In this document: positions 37,516 to 46,557 of the stretch, in pieces
Layout: each line of letters starts with the position of its first letter
How positions within the stretch are numbered: position 1 is the first letter of the stretch
Position numbers and translations under genes: made by a program
The notes under the pieces: model-generated
Seen by the model: the letters and a program-made list of their open reading frames with translations, nothing else
Told to the model about the DNA's origin: nothing
Database searches by the model: none
Assembly (NCBI GenBank): GCA_902493275.1
Contig: CABUOQ010000002.1
Coordinates: forward strand, 30,328-94,327
DNA from: an uncultured Bacillota bacterium
Lineage (GTDB): Bacteria; Bacillota_I; Bacilli_A; RFN20; CAG-449
DNA: 64,000 nucleotides
Direction: 5' to 3'

Positions 37516-38516
37516 ATTTCTAGATCGCCTTTTTTTATCAATCCAATCTTTCTAAAAATAAAGTCGATAATAAAAACCATAATCGCTGGTATTATTATTT
37601 CAATTAGTAAGATACTTACCCATGTCAATGGAGTATTTCCCATTTCTGAAAAGGTTCCTAATTGACCCACTAAAGCACAAGTTCCCATACCTGCCCCTGT
37701 TGTGTTACATTTAACTTTAACTAAGCAAGTGGCAATTGGTCCCATAATAGCCGAGGTTATAATCGTTGGTAGCCAAATAACTGGCTTTTTCAAAATATTT
37801 TTAAATTGTAACATTGAAGTTCCGATTCCAACAGAAATAACTTTTCCAATATTATTATCATAGATTGATTGAATTGCAAAGCCAATCATGTTAACTGAAC
37901 AACCGACAACCGCAGCACCAGCTGCAAGAGGAATATCTCCAAGAGAAATAGCAACAGCAATTGCAACCGAAGATATTGGAGCTGTTAAGGCCATGCCCAT
38001 TATTACAGCTACAAGTATTCCCATTAAAAATGGCACTTGCTCAGTTGAAAATTTTAAGAAGTTTTGAATTCCAATCATCATATATTTTAATGGATAGTTT
38101 AATCCATAAGCCACTCCTAAACCTATAAGAACTGCTAATAATGGAATTATAATTATATCTACTGGAGTCTTTTTTCTTAAGATAAACATCCCTAATTTTG
38201 CCGTTATAACAGTACAAAAATATGGCATTAATGGATTTGTATTTAATGAATACCCAATCAATCCTGCGACTATTGCCGAAATTGTCCATAGAGGTGGTAA
38301 TTGTAAGCATATAATACATCCAACAGCAATACCCACTCCTAAAAACGAAGAAATAGTCTGTCCTAAGTTAATGATAAACTCCACATTAATAATTGTTCCT
38401 AATGTTTTTATTATCGTCCCCACAATTAAAGTAGCAAATAATCCTAGAGCCATTCCGTTTGTTGTTTTCATCAAAAATTGAAGCAATGATTTACAAATAT
38501 TCTTAAATTTTTCCAT
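37512..38516 (-). CDS. Polytopic membrane protein, transporter-like, family not recognised.
   Basis: The track ORF begins at a TTG at 38531. The first ATG (MEKFKN, 38514-38516) has a GGAGA RBS, so the start is set to 38516. Gly/Ala-rich TM helices. Confidence 0.4.
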   Translation of the reverse strand: MEKFKNICKSLLQFLMKTTNGMALGLFATLIVGTIIKTLGTIINVEFIINLGQTISSFLGVGIAVGCIICLQLPPLWTISAIVAGLIGYSLNTNPLMPYFCTVITAKLGMFILRKKTPVDIIIIPLLAVLIGLGVAYGLNYPLKYMMIGIQNFLKFSTEQVPFLMGILVAVIMGMALTAPISSVAIAVAISLGDIPLAAGAAVVGCSVNMIGFAIQSIYDNNIGKVISVGIGTSMLQFKNILKKPVIWLPTIITSAIMGPIATCLVKVKCNTTGAGMGTCALVGQLGTFSEMGNTPLTWVSILLIEIIIPAIMVFIIDFIFRKIGLIKKGDLEI

Positions 38517-38581
38517 ATAAAATATCTCCAATCGGAGATATTATTTTATATAGCAAGTAAAAATACAATATTTTTTCTTAA

Positions 38582-39094
38582 TTATTTATCAGTTGATCCA
38601 AATCCGCCATCTCGTAAAGCGTTTGCTTCATCATCTTCACAAATACCAAATGGAAGGAAAATTCCTTGGACAACACCTTCTCCTTCTTTAATAGAAACTA
38701 TCTTATTTTCATTTGAATCGTTTGTTATTTTAATATAAATATGACCTTCATTAGAAGATCCATAATAATCCGCATCAATAATACCAACTGTATTATTTAA
38801 TTGTAAACGATACTTAAATCCTAGGCCAGAACGTGGAAATAATGCTAAAAACCAACCATCTTCAATTTTACATCTAATCCCAGTTGGTATTTTGGTTGTT
38901 TCTCCAGGTGCCAATTCTATGTCAAAAGGCGCAAAGAAATCATAACCCGCGGACTCTTTAGTGGCTCTTACTGGTTTTTTTATACGATTATACATGAGCT
39001 CTATATTTTTTATACTTAATTCTGGAAATGAATTTAAATAATCTTTGGTAAATTGTTCTAAACTTACTTTTTCAAAAACAGCTATTTTTTTCAT
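38582..39094 (-). CDS. dut: dUTP diphosphatase.
   Basis: dUTPase motifs SAGYDFFAP, FPRSGLG and VGIIDADYYG. Confidence 0.75.
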   Translation of the reverse strand: MKKIAVFEKVSLEQFTKDYLNSFPELSIKNIELMYNRIKKPVRATKESAGYDFFAPFDIELAPGETTKIPTGIRCKIEDGWFLALFPRSGLGFKYRLQLNNTVGIIDADYYGSSNEGHIYIKITNDSNENKIVSIKEGEGVVQGIFLPFGICEDDEANALRDGGFGSTDK

Positions 39095-39190
39095 AACTCT
39101 CCTTTATCCTTTTTAATATTTAAATTATAAACAAAAAAAAATACTATTTAAACATAACTTTATAAAATTCGTATTATTTTTATTATAGTA

Positions 39191-39216
39191 TTTAAAAACG
39201 CCTATATTTAGGCGTG
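39191..39216 (-). terminator. Rho-independent terminator downstream of the tRNA-Val gene.
   Basis: Stem acgcct/aggcgt with loop atattt. The minus-strand RNA reads ACGCCUAAAUAUAGGCGUUUUUAAA. Confidence 0.6.
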
Positions 39217-39226
39217 CTTTATTCAA

Positions 39227-39302
39227 TGGTGGACGCTGCCAGGATCGAACTGACGACCTCTTCCGTGTGAAGGAAACGCTCTCCCGACTGAGCTAAGCGT
39301 CC
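39227..39302 (-). tRNA. tRNA-Val (anticodon CAC), 76 nt including the encoded CCA.
   Basis: The reverse complement GGACGCTTAGCTCAGTCGGGAGAGCGTTTCCTTCACACGGAAGAGGTCGTCAGTTCGATCCTGGCAGCGTCCACCA folds into a cloverleaf with a 7-bp acceptor stem, D-stem GCTC/GAGC, anticodon stem TTTCC/GGAAG with loop TTCACAC, and T-loop TTCGATC. Confidence 0.8.
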
Positions 39303-39390
39303 ATAAAATCTTTTTAAATAAAAATCGCTAATAAAAGCGAGTTTTTGAGATATATATTTAAAGAATAATTACTTATTCCCTTGTATGCAA

Positions 39391-39467
39391 TGGTGGGCCT
39401 GAAAAGACTTGAACTTACGACCTCGCCCTTATCAGGGGCGCGCTCTAACCAGCTGAGCTACAGGCCC
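39391..39467 (-). tRNA. tRNA-Ile (anticodon GAT), 77 nt including the encoded CCA.
   Basis: The reverse complement GGGCCTGTAGCTCAGCTGGTTAGAGCGCGCCCCTGATAAGGGCGAGGTCGTAAGTTCAAGTCTTTTCAGGCCCACCA has anticodon stem CGCCC/GGGCG with loop CTGATAA. There is one T-T mismatch in the T-stem. Confidence 0.8.
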
Positions 39468-39570
39468 GACGCTTAATCATAATACAATACCAATAATAAA
39501 AAATCAACTATTTATTTTATTTTTTTATTATTTTATTTTTGAAACTTAAACAAGTAAAAAAATCATATAT

Positions 39571-40245
39571 TTACTTATTTAAATAATAGTGGTATACACC
39601 TTGATATATTCCTTGTGCTATGGATAATTGATAGTTTTCATCTAGTAACTTTACTCTTTCATCCTCATTTGAAATAAACCCACACTCAACTAAAATTCCA
39701 GGTATATCACAATTATTAAATATATAAAAATCATCATTATGCACTCTTTTATTTTGACCAGTTAAATTATTTAATTCACTTTGAACATATTTAGCCAATA
39801 AATAAGATTGCTCATCATTTTTTTCATAATAAACCATCGGTCCATGAACACTTTCTGACAAATATTTATTAACATGTATCGATACAAACGCATCACTGCC
39901 AGAATGATTTATATTCTCTGTTCGGCGCTTTAGGTCTTCTCTTTTACGATTAGACGCATATTGTGATGCTAGATCATAATCATCGCTACGAGAAATATAT
40001 GATAACAAATTTTTTTTCAAACATATCTCGTACAATTTACCGCTTATAGCTAAATTTATTTCATCTTCATAAACATCATTATAATCTGCTCCATTATCGT
40101 TTCCACCATGACCAGGATCAATAAATAATACAAAATCGATAAATGCTGATACTTTAATATATCCTTGAAGATTTAAAGGAAAAATAATTAAGGCTATTAA
40201 AATTAAAAGTAAATTAATTAAGTTATTTATTTTTTTCTTCATCAC
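39571..40245 (-). CDS. cwlD: N-acetylmuramoyl-L-alanine amidase, CwlD-like (Amidase_3), with an N-terminal membrane anchor.
   Basis: FIDPGHGGNDNGA, EDLKRRTENINHSGSDAFVSIHVNKY and ILVECGFISNEDE parallel recalled B. subtilis CwlD (LDPGHGGPDGGA, EDLRQRVKLINHSEAELYISIHLNAI, LIEVGFLSNPSE). The position just after rplM-rpsI matches Bacillus synteny. Confidence 0.65.
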   Translation of the reverse strand: MMKKKINNLINLLLILIALIIFPLNLQGYIKVSAFIDFVLFIDPGHGGNDNGADYNDVYEDEINLAISGKLYEICLKKNLLSYISRSDDYDLASQYASNRKREDLKRRTENINHSGSDAFVSIHVNKYLSESVHGPMVYYEKNDEQSYLLAKYVQSELNNLTGQNKRVHNDDFYIFNNCDIPGILVECGFISNEDERVKLLDENYQLSIAQGIYQGVYHYYLNK

Positions 40246-40289
40246 AATAATTTATTTATTTTATTAAACAAATAGAACTTACTTTATTC

Positions 40290-40317
40290 ACAAAAAAAGA
40301 AGTGCTTTTAAACACTT
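40290..40317 (-). terminator. Rho-independent terminator after rpsI.
   Basis: Stem agaagtg/cacttct with loop cttttaaa, followed on the minus strand by a U-run (a-run at 40290-40296). Confidence 0.65.
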
Positions 40318-40346
40318 CTTTAAAGTTCTCATAATGATTATTAATA

Positions 40347-40748
40347 CTAACGTTTTGAGAATTGTGGAGCACGTCTTGCTTTTTTCAAGCCATAGTGCTT
40401 TCTTTCTTTTGCTCTTGCATCACGTGTGAGCATTCCTGCAGCTTTTAATGGAGCACGGAAATCGCTACTAGCTTCGAGTAAAGCTCTTGCAATACCTAAT
40501 CTAACAGCACCTGTTTGTCCATTGAAACCACCACCATATACAATAGCGGTAATATCGAATCTCTCTTCTGTACCTGTAATTTGTAAAGGTTGTTTTAAAT
40601 CCATAACGTTTGTAGCGTGTGGGAAATATTTTGAAACATCTTCACCATTAACAACGATTGATCCTTTTCCAGGGACTAAATAAACTCTAGCGATTGATGA
40701 TTTTCTACGACCTGTGCCATAGTATCTTACTTCTTTTTTCTTTGCCAT
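40347..40748 (-). CDS. rpsI: 30S ribosomal protein S9.
   Basis: [24 protein letters not shown]... with C-terminal ...[12 protein letters not shown]. Confidence 0.92.
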   Translation of the reverse strand: MAKKKEVRYYGTGRRKSSIARVYLVPGKGSIVVNGEDVSKYFPHATNVMDLKQPLQITGTEERFDITAIVYGGGFNGQTGAVRLGIARALLEASSDFRAPLKAAGMLTRDARAKERKHYGLKKARRAPQFSKR

Positions 40749-40759
40749 AGTCTTTCCTC

Positions 40760-41200
40760 CTAGAACTTCAATGTAAGCACTTCAGGATTTTGTGCTTCAT
40801 GATTGTGAACTTCTCCAGCATAAACTTTGAGTTTTTTTTCGATTTGTCTTCCTAAGCGTCCTTTAGGTAACATACCATGAACCGCTCTTTCGACCATTTC
40901 TACTGGGTACTCTCTTAGCATAACACCTGATGTTCTAGATCTAATTCCTCTAGCCCATCCAGAAGCATTATAGTAAGTCTTCTTGTATTCAGCATCACCA
41001 GATAATGAAACTTTGTCAGCATTGATGATGATGATATAGTCGCCACAATCAACATTTGGTGTGTAAATAGCTTTAGTTTTACCTGTCAAATATTTTGCAG
41101 CAACAGATGCTAAACGTCCTAAAGGAAGATTTGTAGCATCGATAACATACCACTTACGTGATACAGTTTTAGCATTAGCAATAGTTGTTTGTCTTTGCAT
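40760..41200 (-). CDS. rplM: 50S ribosomal protein L13.
   Basis: The track ORF starts at a TTG at 41248. The conserved L13 N-terminus ([23 protein letters not shown]) begins at the ATG at 41198-41200 with an AAGGAG RBS, so the start is set to 41200. Confidence 0.9.
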   Translation of the reverse strand: MQRQTTIANAKTVSRKWYVIDATNLPLGRLASVAAKYLTGKTKAIYTPNVDCGDYIIIINADKVSLSGDAEYKKTYYNASGWARGIRSRTSGVMLREYPVEMVERAVHGMLPKGRLGRQIEKKLKVYAGEVHNHEAQNPEVLTLKF

Positions 41201-41212
41201 AATTTTTTCTCC

Positions 41213-41248
41213 TTGCAATTGTCTGTCTACCGGGACTACAATTGGCAA
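41213..41248 (-). promoter_or_regulatory. Leader stem-loop immediately upstream of, and partly covering, the rplM RBS. Possible translational autoregulatory element.
   Basis: TTGCAATTGT (41213-41222) pairs with ACAATTGGCAA (41238-41248) across the loop ctgtctaccgggact. The 3' side abuts the AAGGAG RBS. Confidence 0.35.
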
Positions 41249-41421
41249 TTAGTGCCAATAATTATATTAATAGAATCGCAACAATAATTCAACATAAATA
41301 TTAAAGATTTTAGCAATTTTTCTTTTATTTCTAGGCAATTATTTTTTTATATTAACCAATATTATCCGCAAATAAAAAATTGACAATTATCATGCATTAT
41401 AACAATAATCTCGCATTGATG

Positions 41422-41451
41422 ATTATGATTGTAAAACACAAGTTTTGTCAA
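41422..41451 (-). promoter_or_regulatory. Candidate sigma-A promoter for rplM-rpsI: -35 TTGACA (41446-41451), 18-nt spacer, -10 CATAAT (41422-41427).
   Basis: Read on the minus strand. An additional extended -10-like TGTTATAAT lies nearer the gene. Confidence 0.35.
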
Positions 41452-41467
41452 TTTTAATTATTATCAA

Positions 41468-42187
41468 TTATTCCTCAATAATCCCATTATGATAGACGTT
41501 TTGAACATCTTCATTATCATCAAGTAAATCCAATAAATCATTGAATTTTCTTGCATCTTCACCACTTAATGTAACTGTGTCATTTGGAAGCATAGTGACT
41601 TCACATTCTTCAAAATCATTGATTCCTAATTCATTTAAGCATGCTTTAGCTTTCATTAAATCTGATTTTTCAACTTTTACAATTATTAAATCATCATCTT
41701 TTGAAACATCATCAACATTTACATCCGCCATAATTAATGCATCGGTGATATCATCAACGTTATCACCTACAAAGCTTATTAATCCAGTTTCTGTAAAGTT
41801 AAATGATACTGATCCTGGTGTTCCTAAATGACCGCCTTTTTTGGTGAAACACATTCTCACGGAATCATACGCTCTTCTAACATTATCAGTTAATGTATCA
41901 ACAATTAATGATGTTCCGCCTGGGCCAAAGCCTTCATATCTACCAGCTTCATAAGCTGTAGTTTCTCCACCTTTAGCTTTTTGAATAGCTCTTTCAATGA
42001 CATCCTTTGTGACACCTTGTCCTTTATATTTCTCTAAGACTGATCTTAAAGCCAAATTAGAATTTGGATCAGGTTCACCTGATTTGGCCGCCATATAAAT
42101 TTCTTTTGATGCTCTCATATATAAAGCTGATTTTGCCGCACTTGTGGCAGCCATTTTTTTTGCTCTAACTTCATGTGCTCTTCCCAT
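41468..42187 (-). CDS. YebC/PmpR-family probable transcriptional regulator (short YeeN-like form).
   Basis: MGRAHEVRAKKMAA...AAKSGEPDPNSNLALRSVLEKYKGQGVTKDVIERAIQKAKGGE...GRYEGFGPGGTSLIVDTLTDNVRRAY. Confidence 0.75.
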   Translation of the reverse strand: MGRAHEVRAKKMAATSAAKSALYMRASKEIYMAAKSGEPDPNSNLALRSVLEKYKGQGVTKDVIERAIQKAKGGETTAYEAGRYEGFGPGGTSLIVDTLTDNVRRAYDSVRMCFTKKGGHLGTPGSVSFNFTETGLISFVGDNVDDITDALIMADVNVDDVSKDDDLIIVKVEKSDLMKAKACLNELGINDFEECEVTMLPNDTVTLSGEDARKFNDLLDLLDDNEDVQNVYHNGIIEE

Positions 42188-42243
42188 AATTTACACTCCT
42201 TATTATTAACCTTTAATATTTTATCACTATATGCTCTTATTTA

Positions 42244-43029
42244 CTATATTTTTATTTCATCAACTAAATTTAAACGCATTGATAATGCCATTTTATATCC
42301 ATCATCATTTAAATATGTCGTAATATCATTAGGCGAATGGGCATCGATGCCAATAATTACTTTGGCCTTCATTTTTTCTACCATTTTCCAAAAAGGCAAA
42401 TATGGGTATCCATATCTAAACTCTTTACCTTTATTTTGTTTTCCACGTCGAAAACAAGCTAAATTAAATTCTAATGGAATATCATATTCAATTGAAGCAT
42501 GTATTATCTCTTTAGCTACTTTTTTAGCTGTTGCATCCCATTTATAATATGAATCCATATAATAATCTGGATGCGCAATATAAGAAAATAGTCCCGTTTT
42601 CATTCCTTCTATTAAAGTATCTTTATACTCTAAAAGGTTTTTCTTCTCAGTGCATTTAGAAAAGAAAAACCTGATAATTCCATTTTCCAAAGTGCAGTGA
42701 TTTCCCATAATTAAATAATCTACTTTACCTGATTCTTTTAAATCGCGATAATAAGAAAAGTACTCTTTTATCGGTTCCGCTTCAAATCCAAGTAGAATAT
42801 TTATTCGATCTTTGTATTTATCTTTTAATGAACGTATTGAGGAAAAATATCCTTCTTTAGCGTCAAATTCTCCTCGCATATTAGGTTGATGAATATGCTC
42901 AAGCATAACATGATCAGAAAAACCAATCGTATTTAAGCCTAGAGCAATTGCCTCTAAGACATATTCTTCATCATTACCGATTGCATGACCACATCTAAAA
43001 GTATGTGTGTGATAATTATTTCTAATCAT
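42244..43029 (-). CDS. PHP-family metal-dependent phosphoesterase (histidinol-phosphatase-like).
   Basis: N-terminal YHTHTFRCGHA and a later GFSDH motif typical of the PHP domain. Confidence 0.55.
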   Translation of the reverse strand: MIRNNYHTHTFRCGHAIGNDEEYVLEAIALGLNTIGFSDHVMLEHIHQPNMRGEFDAKEGYFSSIRSLKDKYKDRINILLGFEAEPIKEYFSYYRDLKESGKVDYLIMGNHCTLENGIIRFFFSKCTEKKNLLEYKDTLIEGMKTGLFSYIAHPDYYMDSYYKWDATAKKVAKEIIHASIEYDIPLEFNLACFRRGKQNKGKEFRYGYPYLPFWKMVEKMKAKVIIGIDAHSPNDITTYLNDDGYKMALSMRLNLVDEIKI

Positions 43030-43759
43030 AAAATACCTCCATTAAATATAAACCTTGAGGATCAACTTTATATGGGACAGAATCAATATAACCTTCCTTT
43101 AAGTGATCAATAATATAATCCAAGTTTATTTTTTCTCTTCCTAGCATCAATATAGTAGCGATGATTTGTCTAACCATATATCGTTTAAACCCTGAGCCAA
43201 CTATATCAAATATCAACATATCATTTTCTTGTTTTAAATGAAAAGAATAAATAGTTTCCTCAAAATTAGTATCAAATTCACGAATAGAGCAAAAATTAAT
43301 AAAATTATGTTTTCCTAAAAATATATTCAGTCCTTTTTCCATCAAGTCTAAATTTAACTTGTAATGATATATCAAAGCATATCTTATAAAAAAGGGATTG
43401 TCCTTCAAGCTAACACGATATTGATACCATTTTTTTCTTGCACTATAACGAGCATGAAAGTCTTCATTAACCTTTTCTAATGAAATAATGTTGATATCTT
43501 TAGGTAACATCATATTCATCGAATAGCGCAACTTATCTAAATCATAATTATCAAAACTAATATCAAAATGAAAGACCTGACCCAAAGCATGCACTCCTTT
43601 ATCTGTCCTTCCAGCGCCATAAATTTTAATTGAATTATTAAAAATTCGATTTAGGACTTTATTAAGTTCCCCTTGAATAGATATTTCTTTTTCTTTTTTT
43701 TGGATTTGGAAACCATAGTATCGGCTTCCATCATAGCTTAAAGTGGCTTTTATTCTCAT
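43022..43759 (-). CDS. truA: tRNA pseudouridine(38-40) synthase.
   Basis: MRIKATLSYDGSRYYGFQIQ... and GAGRTDKGVHALGQV (catalytic Asp). Follows ecfT as in Bacillus. Confidence 0.85.
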   Translation of the reverse strand: MRIKATLSYDGSRYYGFQIQKKEKEISIQGELNKVLNRIFNNSIKIYGAGRTDKGVHALGQVFHFDISFDNYDLDKLRYSMNMMLPKDINIISLEKVNEDFHARYSARKKWYQYRVSLKDNPFFIRYALIYHYKLNLDLMEKGLNIFLGKHNFINFCSIREFDTNFEETIYSFHLKQENDMLIFDIVGSGFKRYMVRQIIATILMLGREKINLDYIIDHLKEGYIDSVPYKVDPQGLYLMEVFYD

Positions 43760-43761
43760 AA

Positions 43762-44643
43762 TTAAAACGGCAATATAATTATATTTTGATTACATAAAAC
43801 AGATAAAGTTATTAATCCACTTAATAACAATAATGAAAATACAAATGAAAAACTATCGCGCATATGCCATTTAAGCAATCGATACCTCGTTCTTTTTTGA
43901 CTAGGATCATATCCTCGAGCTTCCATCGCATTTGCTAATTCATCACTTCTTTGGAAAGATGAAATAAAAAGTGGAATGATTAAAGATACGATTGCTCGAA
44001 CTTTTTCTTTTAGCTTTCCATCTTGAAAATCCACTCCTCGAGAGGATTGTGCTTTCATAATTCTATCAGTTTCATCTAATAATGTTGGAATAAAACGTAG
44101 CGCTAAAGAGATAGTCATAGCTATCTCATGAACTGGAAGATGAACTACTTTAAACGGTGTTAAAAACCATTCTAAAGCATAAGTTAAATCCATTGGTTTA
44201 GTCGTTGACGTCAATATTAAAGTCAATGATATCATTAACGCTAGACGAATAAAAATATAAAATGTATTAATAAAAGCTGAAAAATAAATTGTCCAATTAA
44301 TTCCTGGAATTGTGAAATGGTCAATACTTTCATTCAACCAAGGAATATAAATCATTATTGATTCTTTAATTGTAAATAAATTAATAATGAATAAAAACAA
44401 CATCATGAACCACATCATCTTAAGTTGTTTAAACAACTGTTTTAAAGTAATATGAGCAATGCGCATTAATATATATATAAATACAATTAATCCACCATAT
44501 ATTGCGAAATTAAACCATGTTGAATTATATCCTAGAAATATAATTACCATTAGGCAAATCATCGAAATAATTTTTGTTCTAGGATCTAACCGATGTAAAA
44601 ATGTATTATATGGCGCATATCTTCCTAATGAAATATTAGCCAT
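43762..44643 (-). CDS. ecfT: Energy-coupling factor transporter transmembrane component.
   Basis: Polytopic, with the conserved C-terminal ARG..R-type region (MEARGYD). Sits downstream of two ecfA genes. Confidence 0.75.
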   Translation of the reverse strand: MANISLGRYAPYNTFLHRLDPRTKIISMICLMVIIFLGYNSTWFNFAIYGGLIVFIYILMRIAHITLKQLFKQLKMMWFMMLFLFIINLFTIKESIMIYIPWLNESIDHFTIPGINWTIYFSAFINTFYIFIRLALMISLTLILTSTTKPMDLTYALEWFLTPFKVVHLPVHEIAMTISLALRFIPTLLDETDRIMKAQSSRGVDFQDGKLKEKVRAIVSLIIPLFISSFQRSDELANAMEARGYDPSQKRTRYRLLKWHMRDSFSFVFSLLLLSGLITLSVLCNQNIIILPF

Positions 44644-45493
44644 TTTTAGCCTCCTTTATTTGAGATACTAAAGTTTCAATATTTTTAACTTTAGTTAAAT
44701 CAATATTTAAACCATTTTGCTTTAATTCTTTCGCATATGACAAAACACGTGGCTCATGAATATTATACTTTTCATTAAGATTATCTTGAGAAAATAAATC
44801 CAAAGGCTTACCATCAAAAATTATTTTTCCCTTAGACATAACTATTGCTCTAGTAGAATATTCTAAAACGTTCTCCATATTATGACTAATCATGATAATG
44901 GTCTTACCTTTTTCATGTATTTTCTTAAATAAATCCATCATCTCTTTTTCACCACGTGGATCAAGCCCAGCAGTAGGCTCATCCAAAATCAATATTTGAG
45001 GATCTAAAGCAATAATACCCGCAATTGCAACACGACGTTTTTGTCCACCAGAAAGTTCAAATGGTGAGCGATTAAATAAACTGTCATCAATACCAACTAA
45101 ATTCAACGCTTCTTTTGCAACTTTCATTGCCTCTTCTTCTTTTATTCCAAAATTTTTAGGACCAAACATCACATCTTTAATCACTGTGTCCTCAAAAAGT
45201 TGATATTCCGGAAATTGAAATACTAATCCCGCATATTTTTTTAATTTTTTTAATTCTTTTGTTTTCTTTTCTTTGTAATCAATGACAAAATTACCGACAT
45301 AAATAGTTCCCTTACTTGGTCGTAATAAAGAATTAATCAATTGTCCCAATGTAGATTTACCTGATCCAGTATGTCCAATTAAAGAAACAAATTCATGGTC
45401 TTCAATAATAAGATTAATATCCTCTAACGCTCTTGACGCAAAAGGAGATCCTTCTTGATATGTATAACTAACATTATCTAATTTGATTGACAT
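44636..45493 (-). CDS. ecfA2: Energy-coupling factor transporter ATPase (second ATPase, EcfA2/EcfA').
   Basis: Walker A GHTGSGKST, signature LSGGQKRRVAIAG, Walker B LILDEPTAGLD. Confidence 0.8.
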   Translation of the reverse strand: MSIKLDNVSYTYQEGSPFASRALEDINLIIEDHEFVSLIGHTGSGKSTLGQLINSLLRPSKGTIYVGNFVIDYKEKKTKELKKLKKYAGLVFQFPEYQLFEDTVIKDVMFGPKNFGIKEEEAMKVAKEALNLVGIDDSLFNRSPFELSGGQKRRVAIAGIIALDPQILILDEPTAGLDPRGEKEMMDLFKKIHEKGKTIIMISHNMENVLEYSTRAIVMSKGKIIFDGKPLDLFSQDNLNEKYNIHEPRVLSYAKELKQNGLNIDLTKVKNIETLVSQIKEAKNG

Positions 45494-46329
45494 AAAATAT
45501 CCTTTACCTCTTTTAAATTTTTTGCGTCTTTAATATCTACATTCGCTTCATGAAGCATTTTTATAACTTTGGATTCAAATGGAAGACTCAATCCTATACT
45601 TAATAATTGTTCTTCATTTATAAAAACATTACTTGGTATATCATTAAACATTACTTTACCTTTATTTAATACAATGCAACGATTGGAAAGAAAAGCTTCA
45701 TCAATATCATGAGTAATCGACACAATAGTTAATTCTTGATTTTCTTTTTTTAATTTATGAATCAAAGAAACTATTTCTTCTTTTCCACGTGGATCAAGCA
45801 TCGCTGTAGCTTCATCAAAAATTAAAATTTTAGGATTCATCGCTAAAACTCCCGCAATTGCAACACGTTGTTTTTGACCACCACTTAATGAAGAAGGCTC
45901 TTTATCTAAAAATTCTTTCATATTGACTTTAGCGGAAAATTTATCAATTATTTCATCCATATCCTCATGCTTAACACAACGATTTTCAAGGCCAAAAGCA
46001 ATATCATCACGAACAGTAGCACCGATAAACTGATTATCTGGATTTTGAAAAACAATTCCAATATTTTTTCTTATTTGACGAATTATATCCTCGTTATCTT
46101 GATTATATGTCTTATCGAAAATGGTAATTTGTCCTTCATCTGGTGCTAGTAAGCCAGCAATGAGCTTAGCTAAAGTCGATTTTCCTGAACCATTGTGTCC
46201 AATAATAGTGACATATTCTCCTTGACTAATATTCAAAGAAATATTATCTAAAGTTAACTCTTTAGAGGAATTTTCATCTTTATTTTTGTTATATGAAAAA
46301 GTTAAATTTTTAATTTCTATCGCATTCAT
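45478..46329 (-). CDS. ecfA1: Energy-coupling factor transporter ATPase (EcfA1).
   Basis: Walker A GHNGSGKST, signature LSGGQKQRVAIAG, Walker B LIFDEATAMLD. Confidence 0.8.
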   Translation of the reverse strand: MNAIEIKNLTFSYNKNKDENSSKELTLDNISLNISQGEYVTIIGHNGSGKSTLAKLIAGLLAPDEGQITIFDKTYNQDNEDIIRQIRKNIGIVFQNPDNQFIGATVRDDIAFGLENRCVKHEDMDEIIDKFSAKVNMKEFLDKEPSSLSGGQKQRVAIAGVLAMNPKILIFDEATAMLDPRGKEEIVSLIHKLKKENQELTIVSITHDIDEAFLSNRCIVLNKGKVMFNDIPSNVFINEEQLLSIGLSLPFESKVIKMLHEANVDIKDAKNLKEVKDILCQSN

Positions 46330-46335
46330 AAATTT

Positions 46336-46557
46336 TTATTTCTTTTCTTTATTATTTAATTTTCTATGTCCAATAATCATGAAAATCGTCATGATTATAA
46401 AAAACACGCAAACAACTGCTACACTTATAATCCAAAAAATTATTCTCTGCTCATCAGTTTTAATAATATCATATTCGTTTAAAATAGTTAGAATAGGTAA
46501 AAATCCAAGCAATAAACAAATAAATAAAATAAAATATCGCTTAATCCAAATTTTCAT
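46336..46557 (-). CDS. Small two-TM membrane protein, unknown function.
   Basis: A 73-aa ORF with ATG, wedged between the dCMP deaminase gene (17-nt overlap) and ecfA1 (6-nt gap). Confidence 0.35.
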   Translation of the reverse strand: MKIWIKRYFILFICLLLGFLPILTILNEYDIIKTDEQRIIFWIISVAVVCVFFIIMTIFMIIGHRKLNNKEKK

